Positions 52,831 through 61,841 of a stretch of DNA of 64,000 nt are shown here, piece after piece. Source of the DNA: Rhodothermales bacterium (GTDB lineage Bacteria; Bacteroidota; Rhodothermia; Rhodothermales; JANQRZ01); NCBI GenBank assembly GCA_965215165.1, contig CBDCCX010000006.1:3417097-3481096 (forward strand), written 5' to 3'. Under the pieces are notes generated by a model. It ran no database searches and was not told the origin of the DNA. It worked only from the letters and a program-made list of their open reading frames with translations. The translations under genes were made by a program, and so were the position numbers. The first letter of the stretch is position 1. Each line of letters opens with the position of its first letter.

Positions 52831-53742
52831 CTAGCGGAGGTAGTCGAGCAGCGAGGTTTGGACGACCGAGGCCGTCGTGCGGAGCGCGGCCTCGAGCCTG
52901 GTCTGGCCCTGCTGGAAGGCGGTGATCGTGGCGAAGTAGTCGGCGTCCTCCGTCTCGGAGCGGCGGCGCTCGACCTCGACCGAGGCGTCGGCCAAGCGCA
53001 GCTCGGCGTGGTCCAGCCGGCGCGACAGCGACCCGCTCTCGGCCCCGAGGTTGATGACGTGGTCGCGCGCCTCCTGGACCTGCCCGACGGCCTCCTGGAG
53101 CGAGATCGTGTCGGTGTCGTCAGGGTCGGCGCGGAGGGCGGCGATCATGTTCTGCAGGCTCTCGACGATCGAGTAGCCCTCGCCGGTATCGCTGACGGCC
53201 TCGCCCGTGACGTTGATGGCGACGGTCGTGTTCGGCCCGATCTGCCGGAGCCGCTCGCCGCTCAGGTCGCCGGTCGGGAGGCCGTCCGCGCCGAAGGGAG
53301 CGGTCTTGGTGCGCGTGCCGCCGAAGAGGTACTCGCCGCCTGCTTGCGCGTTGAGGCTCTCGAGGACCTCACCGAGGAGGCCCTCGACGTGCGCGGCGAT
53401 GGAGGCGCGGTCGCCGTCGTTGAGCGTCCCGTTGAGCGCCTGGATGCCCTTCTCGTGGGCGTCAGCGAAGCGCTCGGCGAGGGTGTCGAGCTCGTCGGCC
53501 GTCCGGTCGGTCCAGAACTGCGACGCGTTGATGGTGCGGGTGTACTCGGCGTAGCGGTCGTTCAGCGCGTCCAGCCGCCGCGCCTGCCCGTAGGCTCCCG
53601 GATCGTCGGAGGGCCGGTTGACGCGCAGGCCGGTGGCGAGCTGCTCCTGGAGCGAGGCGAGGTCGCGCCGGATGCCGGGGATGGCCCCGTAGGCGTTGGA
53701 CGAGTAGAGGCTCTGCTCGCGGGCGATGCGGGTGGAGATCAT
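52831..53742 (-). CDS. flgL: Hook-associated protein 3 FlgL
   Basis: QLATGLRVNRPSDDP, YLFGGT, SLLDYLR. Confidence 0.95.
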   Translation of the reverse strand: MISTRIAREQSLYSSNAYGAIPGIRRDLASLQEQLATGLRVNRPSDDPGAYGQARRLDALNDRYAEYTRTINASQFWTDRTADELDTLAERFADAHEKGIQALNGTLNDGDRASIAAHVEGLLGEVLESLNAQAGGEYLFGGTRTKTAPFGADGLPTGDLSGERLRQIGPNTTVAINVTGEAVSDTGEGYSIVESLQNMIAALRADPDDTDTISLQEAVGQVQEARDHVINLGAESGSLSRRLDHAELRLADASVEVERRRSETEDADYFATITAFQQGQTRLEAALRTTASVVQTSLLDYLR

Positions 53743-53854
53743 GGGGAGTGTCAGGGGTGAGTTGTTGGTTGCTCGTGGCGGGGTGTCGGTAGGGGATCGT
53801 TGGGCGATGGGGACAAGTCCGCTGTCCACTACCTACCCTCTACTGACCACGAAC

Positions 53855-55207
53855 CTAGAGCGCCAGGATCGTCTGCATCATTTCGTCGGCGGTGTTGAGC
53901 ACGCGGGCGGCGGCCTCGAAGGCGCGCTGGGCCTCGATGAGGTGGGTCATCTCCTCGTCGATCGAGACGCCGGAGACGCCGCGCGCGAGCGCGTCGAGGT
54001 GGTTCGCTACGGCGGCGTGCCCCTTGGCGGCCGTCCGCGCGGCGCTGAGCTTCGAGCCGACGCCGGAGACGATGCCGATCAGCTCGTCGTCGAACCCTTC
54101 GCGCAGGCCGCCCATCAGGAGCGCGACCCCGGAGTCGCCCGGTGCCTCGGGGTCGCTCGCGGCGGCGATCGCGGCGGGGTCGCCCATGTCGTCCGAGAGG
54201 CGGATCGAGCCGGCGGTGAGGCCGTCGGGGTCGAAGAAGCTCAGCCCGGTGCTGCCGTCGAGGCCGTAGCCGGCGGCGTGGGCCGCGTTGACGTCGGTGA
54301 CGAGACGGGCGGCGAAGGCGTCGAGCGCGCCGCGTGTCTCGGGGATCGTCTCGTTGAGGGTGCGGAGCTGCGCGCCGATGGCCCCGTCGGGCGAGGTGAA
54401 GCCGACCTCGGTCCCCTCGAAGCGGACGGACGGCGGGCCGTCACCGTCGCGGTCGAGTGTCAGGCCCGAGGCCTGGTCGCCCTGGACGGCGGCCATGCCG
54501 CTGATGGTGACCGTGTAGCCGTCGTCGCCGGGGGTGACGTCCACCGGGACGAAGGCCGAGAGCTCGGCGACGGCCGCGTCGCGCCGGTCCTCGGCGGCGA
54601 GGTCGGGCGAGCCGGCGGCCTGCGCCGTCTGGATCTGGGTGTTGAGCGACGCGATCTCGTCGAGCAGGCCGTTGACCTGGTCGATGCTGTCCGAGAGCCC
54701 GGTTTCGGTTTCGGCGGCGAGCCGGGTCAGGTTGTCGTCGAGGTCGTTGAGGGCGGCGGCGGCGGTCTCGGCCTGGCCGAGGAGGGTGCTCCGCACGCCG
54801 AGGTCGGTCGGGTTGTTGGCGAGGTCGCCCCACGCGTCCCAGAAGCCGCCCATCGTGTCCTGGAGCGAGCCGCCGCTGCCGACGCCGAACAGGCCCTCCA
54901 TCGCGCCGAGCAAGCGGGTCTCTTCGGCCGACCCGCCGAGGCCGGTCCGGGCGTCGCTGGCGGCCGAGTCCAAGAGGCCGTCGCGCATCCGGCTGAGGTG
55001 CGTCGCCGAGACGCCGCCGCCGATGGACGGCTGCGCCCCGCGCATCTGAATGCCGGAGCGGGGCGGGCCGAGGGGGCTGAGCGCGAGGCGGCGGCGCGAG
55101 TAGCCGGGCGTCCCGGCGTTGGCGATGTTCTGACCGGCGACGCTCATCTGCGCGGTGTAGACGCTGAACGAGCGGCGGCTCATCGCGTAGAGGCTGCTGA
55201 GACTCAT
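53855..55207 (-). CDS. flgK: Hook-associated protein 1 FlgK
   Basis: NIANAGTPGYSR, DRRD, SGVSIDEEM. Confidence 0.95.
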   Translation of the reverse strand: MSLSSLYAMSRRSFSVYTAQMSVAGQNIANAGTPGYSRRRLALSPLGPPRSGIQMRGAQPSIGGGVSATHLSRMRDGLLDSAASDARTGLGGSAEETRLLGAMEGLFGVGSGGSLQDTMGGFWDAWGDLANNPTDLGVRSTLLGQAETAAAALNDLDDNLTRLAAETETGLSDSIDQVNGLLDEIASLNTQIQTAQAAGSPDLAAEDRRDAAVAELSAFVPVDVTPGDDGYTVTISGMAAVQGDQASGLTLDRDGDGPPSVRFEGTEVGFTSPDGAIGAQLRTLNETIPETRGALDAFAARLVTDVNAAHAAGYGLDGSTGLSFFDPDGLTAGSIRLSDDMGDPAAIAAASDPEAPGDSGVALLMGGLREGFDDELIGIVSGVGSKLSAARTAAKGHAAVANHLDALARGVSGVSIDEEMTHLIEAQRAFEAAARVLNTADEMMQTILAL

Positions 55208-55210
55208 GGG

Positions 55211-55768
55211 TTAGCCCAGATGGTTGAGAAAAGAGCGCGCGGGCGCGGTGTCGGATCGGGTGCCGCCGGCCGTGTAGGCGGGCAGCGGGAGCGGCGCGTC
55301 GAGGTGCTGCCCGGCCTGGAGCAGCTCGCGGCCGATGTGCACGGCGACGTGGAGCGCGAAGGCGACCTCGTCGGAGCGGGTCTGCCCCGCCTCAATCCGG
55401 GCTCGAAGCGCGTGGCGGGCGTCCCGGAGCCGGTCGGCGAGCGCGGCGTCGCGGTCGGCGAGGGCCGTCAGGAGCGATTCGGGCTCGGCCTCGTCGGTGC
55501 CGAGGACGCGGGCGAGGAGGCGGGTCTGGCGGCGACGGCGCTCGCGCAGGCGGCTGAGGTCGCCGACGATCCGGCTGGCGTCGTCGGTAGCGTCCATGAG
55601 CGGCTCGGTGTCGGAGGTCTGGAGGGCACCGAGCTGCCGGTCGAGGGCCTCGGTGAGCTGGTCCACGGCCGCGCACTCGGCGTCGAGCGTCTTGAGCAGC
55701 GCCTCGACGGCGGGCGCGGGCGTGCCGGTTGGGGCGCTAGTCATAGGGATGTTTTCGGGAGCGGACAT
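55211..55768 (-). CDS. flgN: Flagellar chaperone FlgN
   Basis: Helical protein upstream of flgK with C-terminal YTAGG motif. Confidence 0.75.
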   Translation of the reverse strand: MSAPENIPMTSAPTGTPAPAVEALLKTLDAECAAVDQLTEALDRQLGALQTSDTEPLMDATDDASRIVGDLSRLRERRRRQTRLLARVLGTDEAEPESLLTALADRDAALADRLRDARHALRARIEAGQTRSDEVAFALHVAVHIGRELLQAGQHLDAPLPLPAYTAGGTRSDTAPARSFLNHLG

Positions 55769-55789
55769 GGAGGTCGAAGGTGCGTGCGT

Positions 55790-56101
55790 TTAGTCGGCCG
55801 CAGCGTCCTGGCCGCGTGACCACTGGCGCAGGAGAAGGTCCGAGAGCGAGAGCGCCCCGCTGTCGACGAGGTGGTCGGTGAGGGCGTCGGTGAGCACGTC
55901 GCGCTGCGCGTCGGCGTGCCCGCTCGTGAGGCCGCCCTCGCCGCCGAGCGAGGTCTTGAAGAGGTCCTTCGTCATCGCCTGCACGAACTGCCGGACGAGC
56001 ACGGCCTCGAACTGCTCGGCGGCCTCGGCCTCGGTGCGAGGTGTGTCGGCGGTGGGCGAGGTCGCGGGAGAGCGGAGCGTGGTAGCAGTGAGGGAAGTCA
56101 T
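55790..56101 (-). CDS. flgJ: Rod-binding protein FlgJ (no muramidase domain)
   Basis: AAEQFEAVLVRQFVQAM..LSLSDLLLRQ; follows flgI. Confidence 0.8.
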   Translation of the reverse strand: MTSLTATTLRSPATSPTADTPRTEAEAAEQFEAVLVRQFVQAMTKDLFKTSLGGEGGLTSGHADAQRDVLTDALTDHLVDSGALSLSDLLLRQWSRGQDAAAD

Positions 56102-56123
56102 AAACTCGGGAAAGAGAACGGAA

Positions 56124-56274
56124 GGCGTGGGGGGCAGGGAGGGCATGGGGGCAGGGAGGGAACAGGGGGTACAGTAGGAATGGCTAGTCATCCATTCTTT
56201 GCATGTACGGTTCAGGCTGAAATCCCTTCATGCCCTCCACGCCCAGAAATAACCCCCTTCCTCCCCCCCACGCC
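56124..56274. repeat. Intergenic inverted-repeat element (copy 3)
   Basis: GGCGTGGGGGGCAGGGAGGG...CCCTCCACGCCC..CCCCCCCACGCC. Confidence 0.7.
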
Positions 56275-56285
56275 ATACAAAACAA

Positions 56286-57401
56286 TTACAGAATCACCAG
56301 CTCGCCCTGGAGCGCGCCGGCGCGGTCGATGGCCTGGAAAATCGAGATCACGTCGCGCGCGGCCAGGCCGAGGTCGTTGAGCGCGGCGGCGAGCTGGCCG
56401 ACGTCGGTGTTCGGCTGGAGCACCACGCTCTGGGCGATCTCCTGCTCGATGCCGACGCTGCCGACCTCTCCGGCGACGGTCTGCCCGCCCGAGAGCGGGG
56501 CCGGCTGCGAGACCACGGGGTCGGACTGGGTGGCGATCACCAGGCTGCCGTAGGTCACCATGACCTCGCTGATGCGGACGTTGCCGCCGGCCACGATCGT
56601 CCCGGTCCGCTCGTTGACCACGACGCGCGCGGGCACGTCGATGGTCACGAACAGGCCTTCGAGCTGGGCCATCGCACCCGCCGCGCCGCCCTGTGCGCCG
56701 GCCACGTCCACCTCGATGAACCCGGCGTGGACGACGGTCGCCGCGCCCGGCAGCACCGAGTTGACGGCCTCGGCGATGGCGCGGGCGTTCGTGAAGTCTG
56801 GCTGCTTCATCACCAAGCCGAGCGAGGCGGCATCGAAGCCCGTCGGCGCGGCGACGACGACGAGGCCGCCGCCGGGGATGCGGCCGGTATTCGTTGGGCC
56901 AGTGCGGGCACCTGCGCCCAAGCTGGAGGCGGAGACGGTGCCGGTCGAGACCGGTCCCTGGGCGGTGACATGGACCTGGCCAGTGACGGGGTTGAGGATC
57001 GGCGTCTGGAGCAGGACGCCGCCCGAGAGCGAGCGGGCGTCGCCGAGCGCCGAGACCGTCACGTCGAGCTGGCTGCCGGGCCGGCTGAACGGGTCCATCA
57101 CGGTGGTCACCATCACGGCGGCGGCGTTGCGCGTCGAGAGGACGGCCGGGTCGACGGTGATGCCGAAGGTGCGGAGCATGTTGGCGACGCTCTGGACGGT
57201 GTAGGGCGCGCCGCGCCGCCCGCGCGCCCGGTCGCCGGTGCGGTCGAGGCCGACGACCAGGCCGTAGCCGGTGAGCTGGACCGGGGCCGCGCCCTCGGGC
57301 ACGACCAAGTCCTTGAGCCGCGCCGTGCCCGTGACCTGAGCGCAGACCTCGCCGCCGAGCAGGAGAACAAGCAGGAGGGCGAAGAGCGAGCGAGGCATCA
57401 T
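56286..57401 (-). CDS. flgI: Flagellar P-ring protein FlgI
   Basis: GYGLVVGLDRTGD, GDARSLSGGVL, NERTGTIV, AGALQGEL. Confidence 0.96.
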   Translation of the reverse strand: MMPRSLFALLLVLLLGGEVCAQVTGTARLKDLVVPEGAAPVQLTGYGLVVGLDRTGDRARGRRGAPYTVQSVANMLRTFGITVDPAVLSTRNAAAVMVTTVMDPFSRPGSQLDVTVSALGDARSLSGGVLLQTPILNPVTGQVHVTAQGPVSTGTVSASSLGAGARTGPTNTGRIPGGGLVVVAAPTGFDAASLGLVMKQPDFTNARAIAEAVNSVLPGAATVVHAGFIEVDVAGAQGGAAGAMAQLEGLFVTIDVPARVVVNERTGTIVAGGNVRISEVMVTYGSLVIATQSDPVVSQPAPLSGGQTVAGEVGSVGIEQEIAQSVVLQPNTDVGQLAAALNDLGLAARDVISIFQAIDRAGALQGELVIL

Positions 57402-57438
57402 CGTGGGGTGAGGTCCGAGACGGAAAAGGCGCATCGCG

Positions 57439-58044
57439 CTACTGACTCCCGAGGAACAGCGCGGCCCCGACGAGCGCGGCGGCTCCGAACTTGAGGAGCG
57501 TGCCGGGCTTGAGGAACTTCGGCCGCAGGCCCTTCTGCCGGTACTCGACGTCGGCGTTGGCGATCTGGTAGGAGAGGACCGTGTTGTCGTAGGTCACGTC
57601 GAGCGGGCGGACTAGGCCGGAGACCTTCATCAGGTGCGTGACGCCGTTGACGTGGAGCGTCCGCTCGCCGGCGATCTGGAGCGTCCCGGTGCTGTCGATG
57701 CCGACGACGAGGGCGGTGATGGTGCCGCTCAGGAGGTCGCTCTGGACGGCCTGGCTCTGGGCGGCGGTGTTCTGCCGCAGGTTGGCGTCGAGGCCGAATT
57801 GCCCGCCGAGCTCGCCGGCGTTGACGTTGGCGCTGCCGTTGAGGCTGGACTGCGCCTGGTCCTGGAACTGGCCCTGGCTCGAGGCCGAGGTCCGCTCGGC
57901 CAAGACGACGGTGATCGGGTCGCCCACGCGCCCGGCCTTGGGGTCGGCGAACATGGACTGCGCCCCGGCGGCGTGCGGCACGGCGAGGGCGAAGAGGAGC
58001 GCGAGCGAGCGGACAGGCGTCAGCGTCAGAGGGGGCATCGGCAT
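57439..58044 (-). CDS. flgH: Flagellar L-ring protein FlgH
   Basis: FADPKAGRVGDPITV, SGLVRPLDV..N..S.QIANA. Confidence 0.92.
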   Translation of the reverse strand: MPMPPLTLTPVRSLALLFALAVPHAAGAQSMFADPKAGRVGDPITVVLAERTSASSQGQFQDQAQSSLNGSANVNAGELGGQFGLDANLRQNTAAQSQAVQSDLLSGTITALVVGIDSTGTLQIAGERTLHVNGVTHLMKVSGLVRPLDVTYDNTVLSYQIANADVEYRQKGLRPKFLKPGTLLKFGAAALVGAALFLGSQ

Positions 58045-58742
58045 CAGAGGGTGGCGATCCACTCGGCGGTGGCCGGCCCGGTGAGCCGGGCGCGGTAGGT
58101 CGCCTTCGTGGTCGGGTTGTGGAGGCGGACGGCGTCGCCGATGGCTCCCGGTTCGCGCGCGTGGCAGGGCACGTCGAAGACGAGGGAGCCGCGGCGGTAG
58201 CGCATCGTCACGGTGTCGCCGGTCTCGGCGGCGGGCGGCGGGCGGAGGTCGCCCTGGCGGAGCGCCCGGTCGGGGCGCAGCGAGCGGGCGGCGAGCAGGC
58301 CGGCGGTCGCGGGGAGGTCGGCCGCGCGGAGAGGCGTGCCGTGAAAGCGCGTCGTCTCGATCCACGCCACGCCGAGGTCGGCCGGGGCGACGGCTTCGCC
58401 GCGCCGGACGGCGCGCCGGGCGACGACCACCGAGTCGAAGTGGGCGACGTAGAGCAGCGCCCACCCTGTTTTCTTCCACGCGCCGTCAGCGGAGGCGAGG
58501 ACGTCGACCTGCGTGTGGCCTCGCGGAGCGGCCTCGCTCTGGGGAAAGACGAGGCGCAGCGGGGCCGTCTCGTTCAGCGCCCCGCCGGTGCGGAGGACGC
58601 GGACGGTGAGGTGGTCGGCCGCGCTCGGGAAGCGCTCGGCGAGGGCCGACTCGGCGGCGGCCTGAAGCCCGGTTGCCGCGGTTGGCGTCACCCCAGGTGG
58701 GGCGGCGGCCAGCGCAATCAGCAGGAGGAGGAGGGGCAGCAC
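58044..58742 (-). CDS. flgA: P-ring formation chaperone FlgA
   Basis: Signal peptide, SAF domain VVVARRAVRRGE, GAIGDAVRLHN. Confidence 0.88.
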   Translation of the reverse strand: MLPLLLLLIALAAAPPGVTPTAATGLQAAAESALAERFPSAADHLTVRVLRTGGALNETAPLRLVFPQSEAAPRGHTQVDVLASADGAWKKTGWALLYVAHFDSVVVARRAVRRGEAVAPADLGVAWIETTRFHGTPLRAADLPATAGLLAARSLRPDRALRQGDLRPPPAAETGDTVTMRYRRGSLVFDVPCHAREPGAIGDAVRLHNPTTKATYRARLTGPATAEWIATL

Positions 58743-59521
58743 TAGCGTTTGACGTTGTTGGCGATCTGGAGCATCTCCTCGCTGGTGGTGATCATCTTCG
58801 AGTTCAGCTCGTAGGCGCGCTGCGCGGTGATGAGGTTGACCATCTCCTGCACCACGTCCACGTTCGCCCCTTCCAGGAAGCCCTGGGTGAGCGTCCCGAT
58901 GCCGTCGCTGCCGGGGAGGCCGATGGTCGGCTCGCCGCTGGAGGCGGTCTGGGCGTAGAGGTTCGCGCCGAGGCTCTCGAGACCGCCGGCATTCGCGAAG
59001 CGGGCCAGCTCGATCTGGCCGAGCTCCACCGGCTCCGGCTCGCCCTGGAGGCGGGCGCTCACGACGCCGTCGGCGCTGACGGTGAGGCCCGTCGCCTCGG
59101 GCGGGATCGCCACGCCGGGCTCGACGATCAGGCCGCTCTGGCTCACCAAGTCGCCGTCGGCGCTGAGCGCGAAGGTGCCGTCGCGGGTGTAGGCGATCGT
59201 GCCGTCGGCCTGCTGGACCTGGAAGAAGCCGTCGCCGTTGATCGCGATGTCGAGCGAGTTGCCGGTCTCGACCAAGCCGCCCTGCTCGAAGCTGCGGACC
59301 GTCGCGATGGCCGAGGCCCCGTGGCCCATCTGCATCGAGGCGGGGGCCGCGCCGCCGCCGGGGCCGCGCGCCTGGACGCTCTGGTAGAGCAGGTCGTGGA
59401 AGACGACCGTCGAGCGCTTGTAGCCCGTCGTGTTGGCGTTGGCGAGGTTGTTGGCCGTGTTGTCGACGCCGTTCTGCTGGGCGCTCATCCCGAGGGCGGC
59501 CGTGCGGAGTGCTCGAAGCAT
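58742..59521 (-). CDS. flgG: Distal rod protein FlgG
   Basis: ANNLANANTTGYK, YTRDGTF, LEGANVDVVQEMVNLITAQRAYE. Confidence 0.96.
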   Translation of the reverse strand: MLRALRTAALGMSAQQNGVDNTANNLANANTTGYKRSTVVFHDLLYQSVQARGPGGGAAPASMQMGHGASAIATVRSFEQGGLVETGNSLDIAINGDGFFQVQQADGTIAYTRDGTFALSADGDLVSQSGLIVEPGVAIPPEATGLTVSADGVVSARLQGEPEPVELGQIELARFANAGGLESLGANLYAQTASSGEPTIGLPGSDGIGTLTQGFLEGANVDVVQEMVNLITAQRAYELNSKMITTSEEMLQIANNVKR

Positions 59522-59568
59522 GGGGGGGCGGGTGGAGTAGGAAGGTCGAGGGTGGAGGTCGCCGCTCG

Positions 59569-60282
59569 CTAGAACTTGCCGAGGTCGCGGGAGATGGCCC
59601 CGAGGGTCTGGTCGGCGGTCTGGAGCATCTTCTGCTGCGACTCGAAGAGCCGGAAGTGGGCGATCATGTCGGTCATCTCCGAGAGGGGGTTGACGTTGCT
59701 GCCCTCGGCGAAACCCTGGCGCACGTCGGGGGCCTCCATCGCCTCGGGCTCGGCGTCGGTGCCGAGCATCGAGCCGTCGAGCCGCTCGAACTCCTGCCCC
59801 TCGGGGAAGGCCACCACGCGGAGCGTGCCGACCGCCTCGCCGTCGACGCGGATGGCCCCGCCGGTGTCGATCTCGATGGTGGTGCCGCCCGGCGGAATCT
59901 GGACCGGGCCGTCCTCGCCCTGCACCTCGGCCCCTTCGGCGGTGATGAGCGTGCCGTCGGGCGTGGTGGTGAACTGGCCGGAGCGGGTGTAGCGCGTTGC
60001 GCCGCCGTCGGTGACGACGAAGAAGCCGTCGCCGCCGAGCGCCACGTCGAGCGGGTTGCCGGTGGCCTCGAGCAGGCCGGTCTTCTGGTCGGTCCACTGC
60101 GTGGTGGTGCGGACGCTGCTCGGGTTGCCCTCGAGGTCGACGCGGTCGCTGAGGACGTCGGTGAAGGTGCGAACGCGGCGGTAGCCGGCGGTGCTGGCGT
60201 TGGCGAGGTTGTTGGCGGTGCGCTCCTGCTGCCGGTTCATCTCGGACATCGAGGCGGCGGCGTTGCGAAGGCGATAGAGCAT
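59569..60282 (-). CDS. flgF: Proximal rod protein FlgF
   Basis: ANNLANASTAGY, TGNPLDVAL, YTRSG, EGSNVNP; precedes flgG. Confidence 0.92.
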   Translation of the reverse strand: MLYRLRNAAASMSEMNRQQERTANNLANASTAGYRRVRTFTDVLSDRVDLEGNPSSVRTTTQWTDQKTGLLEATGNPLDVALGGDGFFVVTDGGATRYTRSGQFTTTPDGTLITAEGAEVQGEDGPVQIPPGGTTIEIDTGGAIRVDGEAVGTLRVVAFPEGQEFERLDGSMLGTDAEPEAMEAPDVRQGFAEGSNVNPLSEMTDMIAHFRLFESQQKMLQTADQTLGAISRDLGKF

Positions 60283-60312
60283 GGCGCGAGGGCTAGGTTC
60301 GCCCTCCCCCTG

Positions 60313-60327
60313 TCAAAGGCAGGGCCA
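60313..60327 (-). promoter_or_regulatory. Candidate sigma54 promoter of flgF operon
   Basis: TGGCCCTGCCTTTGA: -24 TGGC, variant -12 (GA). Confidence 0.45.
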
Positions 60328-60428
60328 AGCCCCCGAAACCATGGGAGCCGCCGGTCCGCCCCTCGGCCCGGCATTTTTTTCCGCCCGCGCGCGGTACGAT
60401 CTGCCCGTCGCCTGCGCTCGCCGAGACG

Positions 60429-60682
60429 TCAGTCGTAGATATCCTTCCGGTGGCCGTCGTCGAGCACGGTCACGACACGCACAGCCTCCCCGACTTCGTA
60501 GATCACGCGGTAGCACCCGACCCGAATGCGCCAGCCACTACGGCCGACGAGCTTTTTGCACCCCGGCGGACGGGGATCAGACCGCAACGCACGGAGGGCA
60601 TCGCGAACCCGCTCGTGCTCCTGAGGCGGCAGCTTCGAGAGCCTTTTTGCCGCGTCGCGGAGATCTCGACGCGGTAGCTCAT
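60429..60682 (-). pseudogene. relE: RelE/ParE family toxin, frameshifted after codon 7
   Basis: ATG 60682 (ATGA-coupled to antitoxin) gives MSYRVEI; the RelE body (AAKRLSKLP..PRPPGCKKL..WRIRVGCYRVIY..GHRKDIY) is in another frame. Confidence 0.75.
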
Positions 60683-60888
60683 CCAGCGGCGCGAGTCCGC
60701 TCAATCTCGCGCGTAGCCTCCTCGAAAGGGATCGCCCCGTCGCCACTCGCCGTCGTTTCGTCGTAAGCCCGCACGGCGTCAACTTCTTCGAGGGCGTCCA
60801 GGAGTTGGCGGTGGCGGTCGAGTCCAATGAGGACGGCAACGCGGCGGCCGGCGGCGTCGGTTACAAACTGAGTCTCGGTTGTACGCAT
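60679..60888 (-). CDS. Putative antitoxin of RelE module
   Basis: QFVTDAAGRRVAVLI..LEEVDAVRAYDE..IPFEEA; small acidic gene upstream of toxin. Confidence 0.75.
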   Translation of the reverse strand: MRTTETQFVTDAAGRRVAVLIGLDRHRQLLDALEEVDAVRAYDETTASGDGAIPFEEATREIERTRAAG

Positions 60889-60936
60889 GGCATGGGCATT
60901 TTAGCTTTCCACGTCACCGAGCCGGGGAACATTCCG

Positions 60937-61839
60937 CTACGTCCTCGCCTGCTGCGCCAGGGCGACCGCTCCGTGGACGGGGCGGCGCGCGGCCCGCACG
61001 ATGCGCCAGCGCGGGAGATGTCGCAGCAGGGCCTCGGCCAGACATTCGCGGTAATACACCTCTTGCGTCATCCCGCCAAGCAGCACGACGCGGGGCGCGA
61101 TCGCCCCCTCTGCCTGCGCCGCCAGCCAGCCGGCCTGCTGCGCGAGGGCGTTCGCCTCGGCCTTGAGGATGCGCGTCCCTACCCAGTCGTGGCTCTCGGC
61201 CGCCGCGACCGCGAGCGGGGCGAGGCTCTGCACCGCGAGGCCGTCGGCGTAGACCAGCCGGATCAGGTCCTCCGGGGCCTCGGTGCCGGTCTGCTCGGCG
61301 AGGAGGTGGCGCAGCGCGGTCGGCTCGCCCCCGTCGAAGTCGGCGGCGACGGCGGCGAGGACGGCCTGCCCGAGGGCCATGCCGCTCCCCTCGTCCCCGA
61401 TGCGCGGCCCCCAGCCGCCGGCCCGCACCAGGTCGCCTGCCTCGGTCCGCGCCAGCACGACGGAGCCGGTCCCGGCAACGACGACCATCCCGCTCTCACC
61501 TTCGAACGCGGCCTCGAGCGCGATGCGCCCGTCGTGCTCGACGGTGAGTGGGGCCTCGCCGATCTCCGGGAGGCGGGCGCGGAGGCGGGCCGCGAGGTCG
61601 GCCTGCTCGTCGGCCCGTCCCGCGCCGGCGACGCCCGCGCAGAGGCCGCCGACGCCGTCGTGCTCGAGCCGGCGGAGGGTGCCGGCGATGAGGGCGGCCA
61701 GCACCTCGGCGCTGCGCTCGGCTCCGTCGCGCTGCAGGTTGACGCCCGCCCCGCGCCGCCCGGCCGAGGCCCCGCCGGCCACGGCCAGCACCTCGGTCTT
61801 GGTCCCGCCCGCGTCGACGCCGATGTAGAGAGGCGGCAC
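60937..61839 (-). CDS. BadF/BadG/BcrA/BcrD family (N-acetylglucosamine/MurNAc kinase-like)
   Basis: IGVDAGGTKT, VVAGTGS, GGWG..GDEGSG. Confidence 0.9.
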   Translation of the reverse strand: MPPLYIGVDAGGTKTEVLAVAGGASAGRRGAGVNLQRDGAERSAEVLAALIAGTLRRLEHDGVGGLCAGVAGAGRADEQADLAARLRARLPEIGEAPLTVEHDGRIALEAAFEGESGMVVVAGTGSVVLARTEAGDLVRAGGWGPRIGDEGSGMALGQAVLAAVAADFDGGEPTALRHLLAEQTGTEAPEDLIRLVYADGLAVQSLAPLAVAAAESHDWVGTRILKAEANALAQQAGWLAAQAEGAIAPRVVLLGGMTQEVYYRECLAEALLRHLPRWRIVRAARRPVHGAVALAQQART

Positions 61840-61841
61840 GG

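Noticed and set aside
53726-55819. 697-aa plus-strand ORF (also 40798-42846, 39077-40978, 37639-39177)
   Set aside because: Antisense shadows of flagellar genes
60429-60839. 136-aa intact RelE as called by the ORF track
   Set aside because: The N-terminal 50+ aa overlap the antitoxin out of frame and are not RelE-like; a frameshifted gene from 60682 fits better
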